A stretch of 64,000 nt of DNA from an uncultured Candidatus Saccharibacteria bacterium (GCA_964424305.1 CAYRHW010000001.1:71947-135946), one strand, 5' to 3'. Numbered from the stretch's first letter, positions 24,478 through 34,518 are shown. Translations and numbers: made by a program. Notes: generated by a model not told the origin, from the letters alone.

Positions 24478-25647
24478 TTAAAGAGGAGACGACACAATTG
24501 GGAAGATAGCCACCCTGTTGGGGATATCTCCATATTTGCGTATGTAGTCCCATTTCATTTCTTTGGGGCCAATAAGGTTTAGGTCTTCGGGTGTCGGGAA
24601 TATTTGGCAATTGCTCCACTTATATGGGTTGGGGCCGCTGGCGGAACTGTGTCCACCCACATAGAAAAATAATACAATATAGTCTCCATTAGTTTCTATT
24701 GAATTAATGTTTTCCATCGTTACTTTTGGGCACCTTCTCGAATCTTTTGCACATTGGCCAGTGGGTTCCCACTTTATGCAGTCTTGTTCCTCCTCGGGGA
24801 CAGTGCAGTCTCCCCCATCGCCGTCAAATGTTATGTCACCAAGGGCGAATTCTTCGGCATTTATTCTAACCCATCCACCGGCTTCATTAAAATATGGTTT
24901 TCTATAAAACTTGACGCCATCTCCCATGCCACCGGTATAGAATTGGTATATGCTCATAGATGAGGCTTCAGCGGTGGGCTTAGCCGGGCTTGTTACATTC
25001 AGGCACACTTGGTTGTTGGGATCAATTTGCTCACAGCCTCCTAGAAAATTTGGTAGTTCATGGAAAAACATAATATATGATGAGGCCCCCTGGACAATCT
25101 TGCCAGACTTTAATTTATATTTCATTTCTTTCAAATTTGTTTCCGATTTGGTATAGCGCGTGTAGGTGGGCTCTTTTGAAGGATCTTTGGGGGTGGTTTC
25201 TTCCGCGCAGTCAGCTGTAGTATATAGGTATACACCAGGGGAGAAAATTTTAGTGGGAGGGCGCGGAGGAGTCGGGGTTGTGGATATGGGGTTGTAGTGG
25301 AATATGCCTAAGTCTGGGCTAATAGTTGTGATGATTAAATAAGTGAAGGCTAGAAGCAAAAATCCGGTTATTGCCCCAGAAATTCTATCGGAAGCAATGG
25401 CCTTCAATTTGGGGTGGGCAGAGGATAGCACCCAAAGAACCCCACCAACCGCGAGGGTAGCCACAACTATCAACATTCCCAGCCCCATTCCCAAATCAAA
25501 AATATATTTAAAGGATTGGGGAAGAGTGGCGTCTCCTCCTAGTCCCGGGTTAGATCCTATCTGCGGGTATTGTACTTCCAGCGCTTGGGCGCGGCTATAA
25601 AAAAACAAACAAGATAGGATAAAGCTTAAAAAAAGGCGTTTTTTCAT
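24478..25647 (-). CDS. Pilin-module fusion protein 3 (signal peptide + VirB2/TrbC-like two-TM module + ~270-aa extracellular domain)
   Basis: N-terminus ...GMGLGMLIVVATLAVGGVLWVLSSAHPKLKAIASDRISGAITGFLLLAFTYLIITTISPDL parallels the modules of 25690-27048, 27063-30098 and 45887-46255. Last gene of the VirB4 operon. Confidence 0.6.
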   Translation of the reverse strand: MKKRLFLSFILSCLFFYSRAQALEVQYPQIGSNPGLGGDATLPQSFKYIFDLGMGLGMLIVVATLAVGGVLWVLSSAHPKLKAIASDRISGAITGFLLLAFTYLIITTISPDLGIFHYNPISTTPTPPRPPTKIFSPGVYLYTTADCAEETTPKDPSKEPTYTRYTKSETNLKEMKYKLKSGKIVQGASSYIMFFHELPNFLGGCEQIDPNNQVCLNVTSPAKPTAEASSMSIYQFYTGGMGDGVKFYRKPYFNEAGGWVRINAEEFALGDITFDGDGGDCTVPEEEQDCIKWEPTGQCAKDSRRCPKVTMENINSIETNGDYIVLFFYVGGHSSASGPNPYKWSNCQIFPTPEDLNLIGPKEMKWDYIRKYGDIPNRVAIFPIVSSPL

Positions 25648-25689
25648 TATTTAATGCTGTTTTAAACTGTTAATCGGAAAGTAGCGGAG

Positions 25690-27048
25690 CTATCTTTTCC
25701 CCTCTAATATTTCTATGCTTTTTAATTTCCTGCCGTCTCCGAAAAGGGTCTTGTTGTCTTTGTAAAAATCTTGGACATCGCTAGAAAAAACCAAACAATA
25801 GGGGGCCGGCTTGGGGGTCGCATCGCCCGGGTATTCAGCCTTAAGTTTTACCACATAGTTTCCTAAAACCTTAGCAGAGCCCGGGCAATTTTGTTGGCCC
25901 AAAGAGGAAAGATCTTTACAAACATCTTTTATGGCTGGTAGTGTGTCGGGAATTTTAGAATAGTCGAATGTGGTGTTTTTTACGTCGGAGACCGTATGGG
26001 TTGTGCCGAAGCCTTTTATTTCAGCTACCCCCCCCTTGTTTTCAGTATCTTGCCAAAATTTAATCCCGTCGCCAGAAGAAGATTCAGCTTTTTGGACTAT
26101 AGTTAAAGAGGCCGGACTAGTGACGCCCGGGGCAGAGGCGCCCAATTTTTTGCATGTGCCGACCCCGCTAAAGGTCAATTGGTAAAAATCAGAGCAGCTT
26201 CCTTGGTAGTCCTTACTTTGGTGTTCTGCCACCACAAAAGTTGACGTCTTAGAAAGAGCAGCGCCAAACCACCCATAATGGACAACGACGATGGATTTAG
26301 CCGAACCAATATCTTCGATAGAGGCAGTCAGCGGGTTTTCGCTCACGATATCATTACAGGTGGCATCGTTAAAAAGATAAACGCCAACCCTTATCGTTAC
26401 AAGTTTGTAAGATTTAAAGGCTCCTAGTGGAACTCCATTGGTGTTGCCACACTCTAACACTGTTTTGGTGGCGGCGCCTTTATAATTTTCGTCAGCGTAT
26501 CTTATTAAAAAGTATTTTGTATATCTTTCCGGATCGACCCCATTCGGACAAACATAACTAATAGTTGTATAGCCCGGCCAATTTAAAAGGGATGGGACCG
26601 AGAGAGAGTATTGCGTTAAAACCTCTGGGGCGCCCGCACTGGCGGGTTTTGTTAAAAGAACGGAAGTGCCGGGAGGACCAGCGTCAACGGGGGTCGTCCC
26701 CACTGTTTCAAATTGGGGGTTTATCGACCTCAGGATTATAAGGGACCCAAGGGTTAGCGTTACCCCCAAAATGGCGCTTATCATTTTACTCTTTCCTTCA
26801 CCGGCGGTTGTTGGGTTCCCCGACGAGGCCATATATTGGACAGCTCCAATGATAAATGCTATCCCCGCCAACCCTCCCACCACCATCATGGCAATATCAA
26901 ATATTTTTTTTGTAAACGAACCGAGCCCTTCTACGTTTTTAAACTCATCCACCTCAGCCCCGAATGCAGTAGTGGCGAAGGCGATCCCAATAGTTAATAA
27001 AAGAAAAATTAGAAGACTGGCCCGTAGATAGTTGTGTTTTTTTTGCAT
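25690..27048 (-). CDS. Pilin-module fusion protein 2 (VirB2/TrbC-like module + ~340-aa extracellular domain)
   Basis: ...MMVVGGLAGIAFIIGAVQYMASSGNPTTAGEGKSKMISAILGVTLTLGSLIILRSINPQF, then a Cys-containing beta-rich domain. Confidence 0.6.
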   Translation of the reverse strand: MQKKHNYLRASLLIFLLLTIGIAFATTAFGAEVDEFKNVEGLGSFTKKIFDIAMMVVGGLAGIAFIIGAVQYMASSGNPTTAGEGKSKMISAILGVTLTLGSLIILRSINPQFETVGTTPVDAGPPGTSVLLTKPASAGAPEVLTQYSLSVPSLLNWPGYTTISYVCPNGVDPERYTKYFLIRYADENYKGAATKTVLECGNTNGVPLGAFKSYKLVTIRVGVYLFNDATCNDIVSENPLTASIEDIGSAKSIVVVHYGWFGAALSKTSTFVVAEHQSKDYQGSCSDFYQLTFSGVGTCKKLGASAPGVTSPASLTIVQKAESSSGDGIKFWQDTENKGGVAEIKGFGTTHTVSDVKNTTFDYSKIPDTLPAIKDVCKDLSSLGQQNCPGSAKVLGNYVVKLKAEYPGDATPKPAPYCLVFSSDVQDFYKDNKTLFGDGRKLKSIEILEGKR

Positions 27049-27062
27049 GTTATAATAAATAT

Positions 27063-30000
27063 TTAATTTTCTTCTTGCTGTTGTTTTTCACAACTGAACC
27101 AGTTGTCTAATAATAAATTTCCTGGCTGCAGATAGGCGCTTACTTTTTCTCCATAACAATACCCAGGAATCTTTTTATTATTTATTACCACATCGTCGTT
27201 AATGATAGTGGGGAAGAGTTTGTTCTGGATTTGGTAGCAGCTGAAAATAGAAATGGTTTTGTCCGGGGTTATTTTTATTTTAACACTATTTTCATCCATT
27301 TTCTTGCGAGAATAACTCAGTCTTTTTAATACTTCTGCCCGAGCCAAGGGTAAAGAAGAATTTTTCAAAGAAGCAAGAGATTCGGAAATTTTGTTCGCGT
27401 AATCTTTAATTCCTTTATATTCCGTTCCTTTCGGGCACTTATCCTCGGCTTTTTTTCCAAGCATTAAGTTAAGCATTTTTTGGCAGGGACTCCCATCACA
27501 GTTTGATTTGACACACGCACAATTTACGCCAATTGTATCTCCATTCTCATCTGATGCCGGTGTCTCAGATAAGTCGCACGTTGCTTGGCAGGCAGTTTTG
27601 CCATCTCCACAGGGGCTGTCGCATTTACAATAATCCCTTTCGTCAGCGATTTGTTTAATAAGCTGTACCAGGGCGCTAGTTTTTTGGCGAAAAGCTGCGG
27701 CGTATTTTTCCAATTCGTTCCCCCAGGCAAGGGCCCCGTCAACGGTTTGCCCCACTGGAACTTCGGTATTTTTTTGACAATACATGTCGGTTTGGCGGTC
27801 CCATATATCTTGCATCCATTGGGTCGCGGTATGGGCACTGGGGCAATAGTATGTCAACGGTTCTCCGCTATAGGAAAATTTTTCACAGGTACTACTGCAA
27901 TTAAGTAGATTAAGGTCCAGGGCTCCTGGGGTACATGCATCATCAGTACACGGAGCCTTTGGAATATATGAGCAAGAAGGGCCCTTCCAACATTCTTGGA
28001 ATTGTTGGATGCCGCTAGTTGTGGCTTTTTTTGTTGTAGGGTCAATCTCTACTTTTCCAGTTGCCGGATCTATCTTTTGTGTGCAATTTGGACACTTTTG
28101 CTGAGATTGGTGGTTATAGAAATATAGGGAAGAGTAATCTCCGTTGTTAGGCATCATGGTAGCTGGCCAAACTGGGTCTTTAAAAACATCGGGGTCTCCA
28201 GGATTTTGGTTAGAACAATATCTCCCCTGTAATGCAAACTCCGCACATCTTTTAAACTGGGGAAAGTCGCTAAAGTTATCGGCGCATGTTTTAATGTCAG
28301 TGGTAGCAAGATAGGTTCTATCTCTGTTGGCGATAAGACTTTTTGAATTTGCGACACAGGCATCTTTGCATTCCTTAAGGGCATCGGGGCAATTCGAATA
28401 CTTTGCATCGCAATCTTTTGAGCAGGAAATTTTACAAGCGCCTACACAATATTGTTTATTTTCTTCGCCATTCGCGGCCGCCTCTTTGTAAAAACCATTG
28501 AAGCCCGACTCTTCTGTGCAGCTTGCATTGTTAATGCAATCACTAAGACATTTTTTTTGATTTGTAACGCATGTTTTGTATGTCTCAGTATTTTTATCCC
28601 CAGTACAAGAAGAGCAATTTTTAAAGCACTGTTGTCCCGCCTCGGTTATGGGGTCGCATGTTTTTTGGCAGTAATAGAAGCAACTGGAGTTGCTATAGCC
28701 GAAGCCTTCGCAATATTTCGAAATGTCCACTGGTTTTTTAGTGACTTGGTCTGTAAACCCATTGTTGGTAGAAGTGGTAAACTTTTCTTTGTTGATAGTC
28801 GCCGAATCTATTAGAAATTTCACGGCTGAACTCCCAAAATAGCAGTTGTTGTTTACTTTTGTTTTAGCGGTTTTTAAATTATTCAGATCTTTTTCTAAAT
28901 TGATGTCTTTTATTTTTTCGCTAAGATATTTCAATTTGTCAACTAACCGCAATTTTTTCCAAGCCTCTTTGTCAATAATTTTTATTTTTTCGTCGCTACC
29001 ATCAACTTCGATTTCTTTTTCAACGGCATCTAAAATGGCAGAATCAGCGAACTGACTCCTAAATTCATCTAACCCCGCGTATTCGCAAGCTTCTTTACAC
29101 GTATCTGCGCATGCCTTTTTACACTCTTGTCCGCACTCTTGGCCAGTGCGGGTTTTGAAGTTCTTTTCACAATCTGATTGACAAGTTTGGCAAGTTCCCC
29201 CACAACCGTTATCGTCTAGGGTCATGGGGCCGTGTTCCATTTTTTTAATTGCGTCCGCACTACAACATTGCTTCCCAATACACGGTTTGGATTCACAATC
29301 TGAGGGGCAAGTATTCGGGACACAAGAGGCACCCTTCTGTACCGCGGCTCCCGGATAGCTACAGTTGCAACCTCCTGCGAGCTTACAATCTCCTCCACCC
29401 CCTCCGCAAGAGCAAGTGTTCATTACTTCGGCTATCTTTTCAGACAATAAGTCAAAAAGTTTAGCTTTTTTTTCTACTGCTTCCGCCAGCTTCAAAACGC
29501 AATCCATTCTATCGTGGTTGAAGAAAGTTGGCTCCCATTCGTCAGCAGTGGACACATCTCCGTCGATTGGTTCTCCGCTACCATTAAAATCATAACAACG
29601 CATGCCCCTTGCCACAAGATTCTCGGCTAAAACCCCAATTGGTATTTCGTCAAAGGATAGATTTTGGGTTGTCCCCCGGGTCACCGGCGGATCAACGTGG
29701 ATCCACGGGATTTGGATGGGGACCCACGATATTTTTGCGAAAGATAGGATCTCGGGATTTATCGCTTTAACGAAGATATAGGCGCCAGTGGTAAGGATTA
29801 AACCGAATAAACCTGCTTTAACCCACTCTTTCCCTTCGTTAGTAACCTTGCTCATTCCCAAAGAAACCAACCAATATAGTCCGCCGATGGTTATAACTAG
29901 AATAGATAGTGACGCCGCAGATAGCATTATCGTATTTAAAACGAACGCGACATATTCTGGTATGGACGTTGTTCCCGCTAACTCAGCAACTTCAGCGGCT

Positions 30001-30098
30001 TTGGCTGTTAATGGAACAAAAAAAGTCAGACCCATGCTTAAGCAGGCAGAAAGAAAAAAGGGAGCAAAGAACAAAAATTTGCTTTTTTTTGTTTGCAT
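27063..30098 (-). CDS. Pilin-module fusion protein 1: 1011-aa, extremely Cys-rich extracellular protein
   Basis: N-terminus ...LSAASLSILVITIGGLYWLVSLGMSKVTNEGKEWVKAGLFGLILTTGAYIFVKAINPEI, followed by ~870 aa with about 68 Cys (hand count), e.g. CSCGGGGGDCKLAGGCNCS and CGQECKKACADTCKEAC. Confidence 0.65.
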   Translation of the reverse strand: MQTKKSKFLFFAPFFLSACLSMGLTFFVPLTAKAAEVAELAGTTSIPEYVAFVLNTIMLSAASLSILVITIGGLYWLVSLGMSKVTNEGKEWVKAGLFGLILTTGAYIFVKAINPEILSFAKISWVPIQIPWIHVDPPVTRGTTQNLSFDEIPIGVLAENLVARGMRCYDFNGSGEPIDGDVSTADEWEPTFFNHDRMDCVLKLAEAVEKKAKLFDLLSEKIAEVMNTCSCGGGGGDCKLAGGCNCSYPGAAVQKGASCVPNTCPSDCESKPCIGKQCCSADAIKKMEHGPMTLDDNGCGGTCQTCQSDCEKNFKTRTGQECGQECKKACADTCKEACEYAGLDEFRSQFADSAILDAVEKEIEVDGSDEKIKIIDKEAWKKLRLVDKLKYLSEKIKDINLEKDLNNLKTAKTKVNNNCYFGSSAVKFLIDSATINKEKFTTSTNNGFTDQVTKKPVDISKYCEGFGYSNSSCFYYCQKTCDPITEAGQQCFKNCSSCTGDKNTETYKTCVTNQKKCLSDCINNASCTEESGFNGFYKEAAANGEENKQYCVGACKISCSKDCDAKYSNCPDALKECKDACVANSKSLIANRDRTYLATTDIKTCADNFSDFPQFKRCAEFALQGRYCSNQNPGDPDVFKDPVWPATMMPNNGDYSSLYFYNHQSQQKCPNCTQKIDPATGKVEIDPTTKKATTSGIQQFQECWKGPSCSYIPKAPCTDDACTPGALDLNLLNCSSTCEKFSYSGEPLTYYCPSAHTATQWMQDIWDRQTDMYCQKNTEVPVGQTVDGALAWGNELEKYAAAFRQKTSALVQLIKQIADERDYCKCDSPCGDGKTACQATCDLSETPASDENGDTIGVNCACVKSNCDGSPCQKMLNLMLGKKAEDKCPKGTEYKGIKDYANKISESLASLKNSSLPLARAEVLKRLSYSRKKMDENSVKIKITPDKTISIFSCYQIQNKLFPTIINDDVVINNKKIPGYCYGEKVSAYLQPGNLLLDNWFSCEKQQQEEN

Positions 30099-30099
30099 T

Positions 30100-31902
30100 C
30101 TATTGCGCTGCTTGTTTTCTGGCTTCCTTCATTTTTAATATCTCTTCGGGTGAGGTGGTGACAATTTTATCTTCTGTCGGGCTGGCAACTATCTGGATTG
30201 CTACGTGTTTACTACCAGCAAAAAATATTCCTTCGCCGACAGCCGATTCTAATAGTAAGTATTTTTCTTGTTCGGTTAAGTTGAATACTTTTTGGACGGC
30301 ATCAATTGTTGCTGGCGATTGTTTTAATAGAATGGACATAGAGGAATTTGTGATAATGGGCTGGCCATATTCTGATTTCATAAAATCAGCAACATCTTGA
30401 GTAATCGTTGTTACCCCTAAATAGTATTTTCTAGAACGTTTAACTAGGCCGAATAGAAAGGATGCGCCTTCTGGAGTTTGCATCATCCACCAGGCCTCAT
30501 CAATAACTAAAATTCTCTTCTTTAACTTTGATCGGACAATGTTCCAGATGTACCGCATAATGATATACAGGGCCATTGGTTTTAGGGCCTCCTCCATGTC
30601 TCTAATTCCAAAAACGATCATATTCTTTTCCATGGTGATATTGGATTTCTGGTTGAAGAAATCGGCGTATGTTCCTTTTGTAAATTTTCTGATTCTTCTT
30701 ACTAAAGACTCTGCTCCAGTCATACTTTCTAAAATTTCTTCAAAATCAGACATCAGTGGTATGTTCTCTTGCCACGTTATGGGGTCTGAGGTTGCCGTAA
30801 TATCTTTTATGGCGTATGTTTCGGTCAGTGCTTGATCAATAATGCTATCCTCTTCTGGAGTTAACCCACCTAACATAATCCTTAATAACCCGACCAAGTT
30901 TATAATATTAGATCTTAATATGTCTTCTTTATTTTCTTCTTCTCCCGGGATCGGTAGATCAAATGGGTTTAGTTGGTGGGCCGATGTTAGGGAAATTTTG
31001 AAATATGATCCGCCGACAGCATCTCCCAGCGTCTGGTATTCATTCTCTGGATCGATGACAATAACATCGACTCCCTGCATCAAGTACCTTAAAATTTCTA
31101 ATTTAATGGCATATGATTTTCCACTTCCTGATTTTGCAAAAACAACAGAGTTTGCATTTTCCAAGCTAAATCTGTCAAAAAGGACAAGAGAATTATTGTG
31201 GCGGTTAACGCCATAAAGAATTCCTTCATTGGAACTTAGGTCGAAAGATATAAAGGGAAAGGAGGTAGATAATGGAGCGGTGTTCATTGGGATATGTACC
31301 CCAATCAAATCTAACCCATAGGGGCTACAAGAGATGAATCCCTCTTTCTGTTTATATAGGGCAGGTTTAATATATATTAGTCGCGCCTCAAAGATTGACC
31401 TTAATGTGAACTCAGTATCTTTTAGGGCTTTTAAATTATCTTCATAGACAGTTATATATAATCCGAAGCGGAACATTCTTTCTTCCGCTGATTGTAATCT
31501 GGTTCTTAGGGCTTCGATATTTTGGTAGGCCATTTCCAGGGCCGGATCACGAACCAAGCCCTTATCTCCCCTCTCTAATAACTCAGCAGACACTTCGGTA
31601 ATTTTCTTCCTTAACTTTTTTAAAATTAATTCTGTGCTGATCGGCGATATATGGAAGGCTATGTCCATCGGCGAATTCAGATTGATTACTGGGGACAGCC
31701 ATCCAGTGTTTAGATATCTGGGGTAAGAAAAAATAAAAAAGGAACGGCAAAGTCTTTCGCCAAGCACAATGTGGTCTGGGTTCACTCCAATGTGCGGGGG
31801 CGAAATGATGTCTCGTACATCAAAAGCCTCTTCTTCAAATATTTTTTCTTCAAGAAGGTCGTTTTTTTTGGGTAATAGTTTATCTAAAAATGGTATCTTC
31901 AT
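30100..31902 (-). CDS. virB4: VirB4/TrbE/PrgJ-family type IV secretion ATPase
   Basis: 600 aa; Walker A VFAKSGSGKSYAIK, Walker B RILVIDEAWWMM, GVTTITQD motif; N-terminal CagE/TrbE/VirB-type domain. Confidence 0.9.
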   Translation of the reverse strand: MKIPFLDKLLPKKNDLLEEKIFEEEAFDVRDIISPPHIGVNPDHIVLGERLCRSFFIFSYPRYLNTGWLSPVINLNSPMDIAFHISPISTELILKKLRKKITEVSAELLERGDKGLVRDPALEMAYQNIEALRTRLQSAEERMFRFGLYITVYEDNLKALKDTEFTLRSIFEARLIYIKPALYKQKEGFISCSPYGLDLIGVHIPMNTAPLSTSFPFISFDLSSNEGILYGVNRHNNSLVLFDRFSLENANSVVFAKSGSGKSYAIKLEILRYLMQGVDVIVIDPENEYQTLGDAVGGSYFKISLTSAHQLNPFDLPIPGEEENKEDILRSNIINLVGLLRIMLGGLTPEEDSIIDQALTETYAIKDITATSDPITWQENIPLMSDFEEILESMTGAESLVRRIRKFTKGTYADFFNQKSNITMEKNMIVFGIRDMEEALKPMALYIIMRYIWNIVRSKLKKRILVIDEAWWMMQTPEGASFLFGLVKRSRKYYLGVTTITQDVADFMKSEYGQPIITNSSMSILLKQSPATIDAVQKVFNLTEQEKYLLLESAVGEGIFFAGSKHVAIQIVASPTEDKIVTTSPEEILKMKEARKQAAQ

Positions 31903-31904
31903 TT

Positions 31905-32579
31905 TTACTTAATTAGCTCTGGTAATATTTCTGGGTAATAACCAATTTCTGCTTGGTCTGGGTGATGGATCGCCCAAAATAATTCTATAAGTTCTGCTGT
32001 GGTTAGGGGGATAGATTCTATTCCACATCGTCTTAGCCCCATGGCCAGAAATTCCATTCTTTGCCAAAGTTGGGTTCGAGCTCTTTCAAACTCTTCGTCA
32101 GACATCGCTTTTTGAGCTGGGGTTTGGCCCTTATTCCCACCGAGAATTCCCCCAAGGTTAAAACCCTTAATGGCTGATTTAACACCGAGGGCCTCCATGA
32201 GAGAATAGGGGACGACGAAATAGAAATTCTTTACCATAATAGTTTCTCCCTGCACTAGACTTTGTATATATTCTCGGTAAGAAGCGGTTTGTATTTTTAA
32301 AAGGTCATTAGTGTGTTTCTCTTCCAAGGTTTTTAGACTATCTAAATACGGTGTTATATTTATTCGTTTTGATTGAAGAATAATTTGGCAGGGAAAATCC
32401 AAGCTGTTTAAAAAGTTTTGGTAAGCAAAAATAATGGCGGTTTGCTCGTCTTCAGATTTCAAAGCAAAATTTAAGGAAGAGACCATTAGAACCCCGCGGA
32501 TACCCTGGTTTTTTAAAATCAACACTCCCTCTTTAATATCTCGGACTTCTAAAAAATCTTGTGTCGAAGATTCTGGCAT
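31905..32579 (-). CDS. T4SS-associated protein resembling the N-terminal (non-ATPase) domain of VirB4
   Basis: 224 aa. FLEVRDIKEGVLILKNQGIRGVLMVSSLNF...FPCQIILQS parallels FDVRDIISPPHIG..IVLGERLCRSFFIFSYPRYL...MDIAFHISP of the adjacent VirB4. No P-loop; 2-nt gap to virB4. Confidence 0.45.
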   Translation of the reverse strand: MPESSTQDFLEVRDIKEGVLILKNQGIRGVLMVSSLNFALKSEDEQTAIIFAYQNFLNSLDFPCQIILQSKRINITPYLDSLKTLEEKHTNDLLKIQTASYREYIQSLVQGETIMVKNFYFVVPYSLMEALGVKSAIKGFNLGGILGGNKGQTPAQKAMSDEEFERARTQLWQRMEFLAMGLRRCGIESIPLTTAELIELFWAIHHPDQAEIGYYPEILPELIK

Positions 32580-32585
32580 TTTTTA

Positions 32586-32996
32586 TTATTTTGTTTTTAG
32601 TTCAACTTGAGTTTTTAAACTTTTTAAAGCACTGGCCCGGCCCATGCCTAGTTTTTTCTCTTCAACGACAAATTTTAGCGGTGCTTTCTGTATGGTTTTA
32701 AATGGGTAAAGAGATTCTTTCTTTTTCCATGTGTAATTTTTTGAGCTGCCCAGAAACCCGATAGAATTCAAAATAACCGTTAAGGCGGGAATCCCGTCCA
32801 TTTTGTAAAAAGCTAAACCAGCCGTTCCCACTCCGATTATGAGGGCCAGAATTATAAACAATGAAAATGGGAGGAAGGAATAAAGCAAAAAGATAACAAC
32901 GCCAGCGCCAACTAAATAGAGGAATTGTTTTGTAGTAAGAAAAGAAACAATTTTTGATTCTTCTTCGATAAATTGTGGTACCGAGTATTGTTCCAT
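32586..32996 (-). CDS. PrgI/VirB3-like small T4SS membrane protein
   Basis: 136 aa; MEQYSVPQFIEEESKIVSFLTTKQFLYLVGAGVVIFLLY followed by a second TM. Pattern and position (upstream of VirB4) match the PrgI family. Confidence 0.6.
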   Translation of the reverse strand: MEQYSVPQFIEEESKIVSFLTTKQFLYLVGAGVVIFLLYSFLPFSLFIILALIIGVGTAGLAFYKMDGIPALTVILNSIGFLGSSKNYTWKKKESLYPFKTIQKAPLKFVVEEKKLGMGRASALKSLKTQVELKTK

Positions 32997-33040
32997 GTTT
33001 TATTATTATAACATAACAAAAAAATGGAAACAAAAACGGG

Positions 33041-33081
33041 TGTCAATATCTATTGACATATAGAATTGTAAATGGTATAAT
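33041..33081 (+). promoter_or_regulatory. Perfect consensus sigma-70 promoter with palindrome over the -35
   Basis: TGTCAATATCTATTGACA palindrome (33041-33058); TTGACA (33053-33058), 17-nt spacer, TATAAT (33076-33081). Leader hairpin GTTGGGA-N5-TCCCAAC at 33093-33111. Confidence 0.65.
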
Positions 33082-33168
33082 ATAAGAGTGATGTTGGGAG
33101 TGTTTCCCAACAAATGGATCGGACATTGACATCAAAGATGTCTAAAAGAAAACGTGAAGGAGACTGTC

Positions 33169-34518
33169 ATGAAGAATTGGAAAAAATGGTTGGTAATGGG
33201 GATGCTTATCTGGGTGTGGCTACTGGGGCTCTATGTTTTGTGGGCCCTCGGTGGAACGTTCCAGAGGATCATCACAGTCGTGTTGGCCCTGATTATGGTC
33301 AACTGGCTGGCGCATGGATTCACGATTGTCAAAGAGGCGACGGCCAAGTTGGTCGTGTCTTTCGGGAGCTTCAGCCACTGTATGATGGCCTGGAAAGATC
33401 ATGATTTCCGGAGGAACCTTCCGGACCCGCGCAATCTTATCACTCCTGACAACGAGTGGGATGTGATCGACGCCCCTGGTAAACAGTCGGCCTGTGGGTT
33501 GCGCTGGATTGGGCTTTGGCCCGTGTATTCGGTCGTCAAATACGACCTCAAATACCGGGTCATAGAGTTGGTGGAGGGACAGGAAGTGGTCGAAACCTAT
33601 GATCTAAGAGGGATCGATTTCTTCACCCTCAAGCAGCACATGAACTGGTTGGATTTGCTTGATGCAGAGTCAGCTGGTGAGGAAGACGGCACCGGAGCGT
33701 TGAAGTTTGATCTGGAGTTCCTTCTTGGGCTCCAGATCATCAATCCCTATAAGGCTCATTACGGGGCCCCGGGGGATTGGAACACGAACACGGTGGCGCG
33801 TCTGAGTTCTTTCTTGAGAAACTGGGTGACAAGTAAGTCCCCCAAGCAGCTTCTGACCATGAGTCGGTTGCCGAAACGGGCTCGCAGGGCTGTTGGAAGT
33901 GTCACCCCCAGAGTGCCCACCCTCTATCAGGAACTCCTGAAGGATCCCGTCGTCAAGGACATCGAACGGAACTGGGGCATCAAGGTGATCGAGAACGGAA
34001 TCGATGTCCGGGATATCGGGATGACCGAGGAGCTCCAGAAAGCTTTTGCTGCTGAGCAAGAGCAGAAGCTGTTGGCGAAAGGACTCGCCGCACAGACGGC
34101 TGACCCAGTCATGCAGTATCTTTCGGCGATGACCGGGAAGACTGTCCGCGATCTCCAGGTGGAGTACAACGCAGACCCGGAAGTCTTCAACGGGAGATAC
34201 GCGCGACAGATCTCCAAGGCCGAAGAAATGGCGGAGCAGGTTCTACCATTGGCACAAGGGAGATCACAGCATATGTTCCCGGGTGCTGATGGTATCGGGA
34301 AGCTACTTCTCGGGCTAGTAGCAACGGCCCGAAGTGGTGACCAGGGTGGGGACAATACTCCACCCCCGGCACCCGTAACGACCCCCCCCGTTCCGCAACC
34401 AACTGGAGGAGCAGGACAGCCCGTGGTGTCACCACCTGCTGGCGTTCCGATGACCACCGAGGAGGCAGAGGCCTTCCATGCGGAGATGGAGGAACTATTG
34501 GCGAGAGGAGGAAAGTGA
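33169..34518 (+). CDS. SPFH/Band-7 (prohibitin-like) domain membrane protein with Pro-rich C-terminus; GC-rich, likely horizontally acquired
   Basis: Start set at ATG 33169, 7 nt after AAGGAG. N-terminal TMs, IVKEATAKLVVSFGSF, GIKVIENGIDVRDIGMTEELQKAFAAEQEQK (SPFH-like), PPPAPVTTPPVPQP tail. Hand-counted lines are 45-67% GC vs ~35% in flanks. Confidence 0.75.
   Translation: MKNWKKWLVMGMLIWVWLLGLYVLWALGGTFQRIITVVLALIMVNWLAHGFTIVKEATAKLVVSFGSFSHCMMAWKDHDFRRNLPDPRNLITPDNEWDVIDAPGKQSACGLRWIGLWPVYSVVKYDLKYRVIELVEGQEVVETYDLRGIDFFTLKQHMNWLDLLDAESAGEEDGTGALKFDLEFLLGLQIINPYKAHYGAPGDWNTNTVARLSSFLRNWVTSKSPKQLLTMSRLPKRARRAVGSVTPRVPTLYQELLKDPVVKDIERNWGIKVIENGIDVRDIGMTEELQKAFAAEQEQKLLAKGLAAQTADPVMQYLSAMTGKTVRDLQVEYNADPEVFNGRYARQISKAEEMAEQVLPLAQGRSQHMFPGADGIGKLLLGLVATARSGDQGGDNTPPPAPVTTPPVPQPTGGAGQPVVSPPAGVPMTTEEAEAFHAEMEELLARGGK

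Noticed and set aside
33114-34457. Several long ORFs within or antisense to the SPFH gene (33114-33404, 33220-33402, 33670-34059, 33927-34457, 34187-34435)
   Set aside because: High local GC suppresses stop codons in all frames. Only the 33169 frame has an SD, TM segments and an SPFH-like motif.
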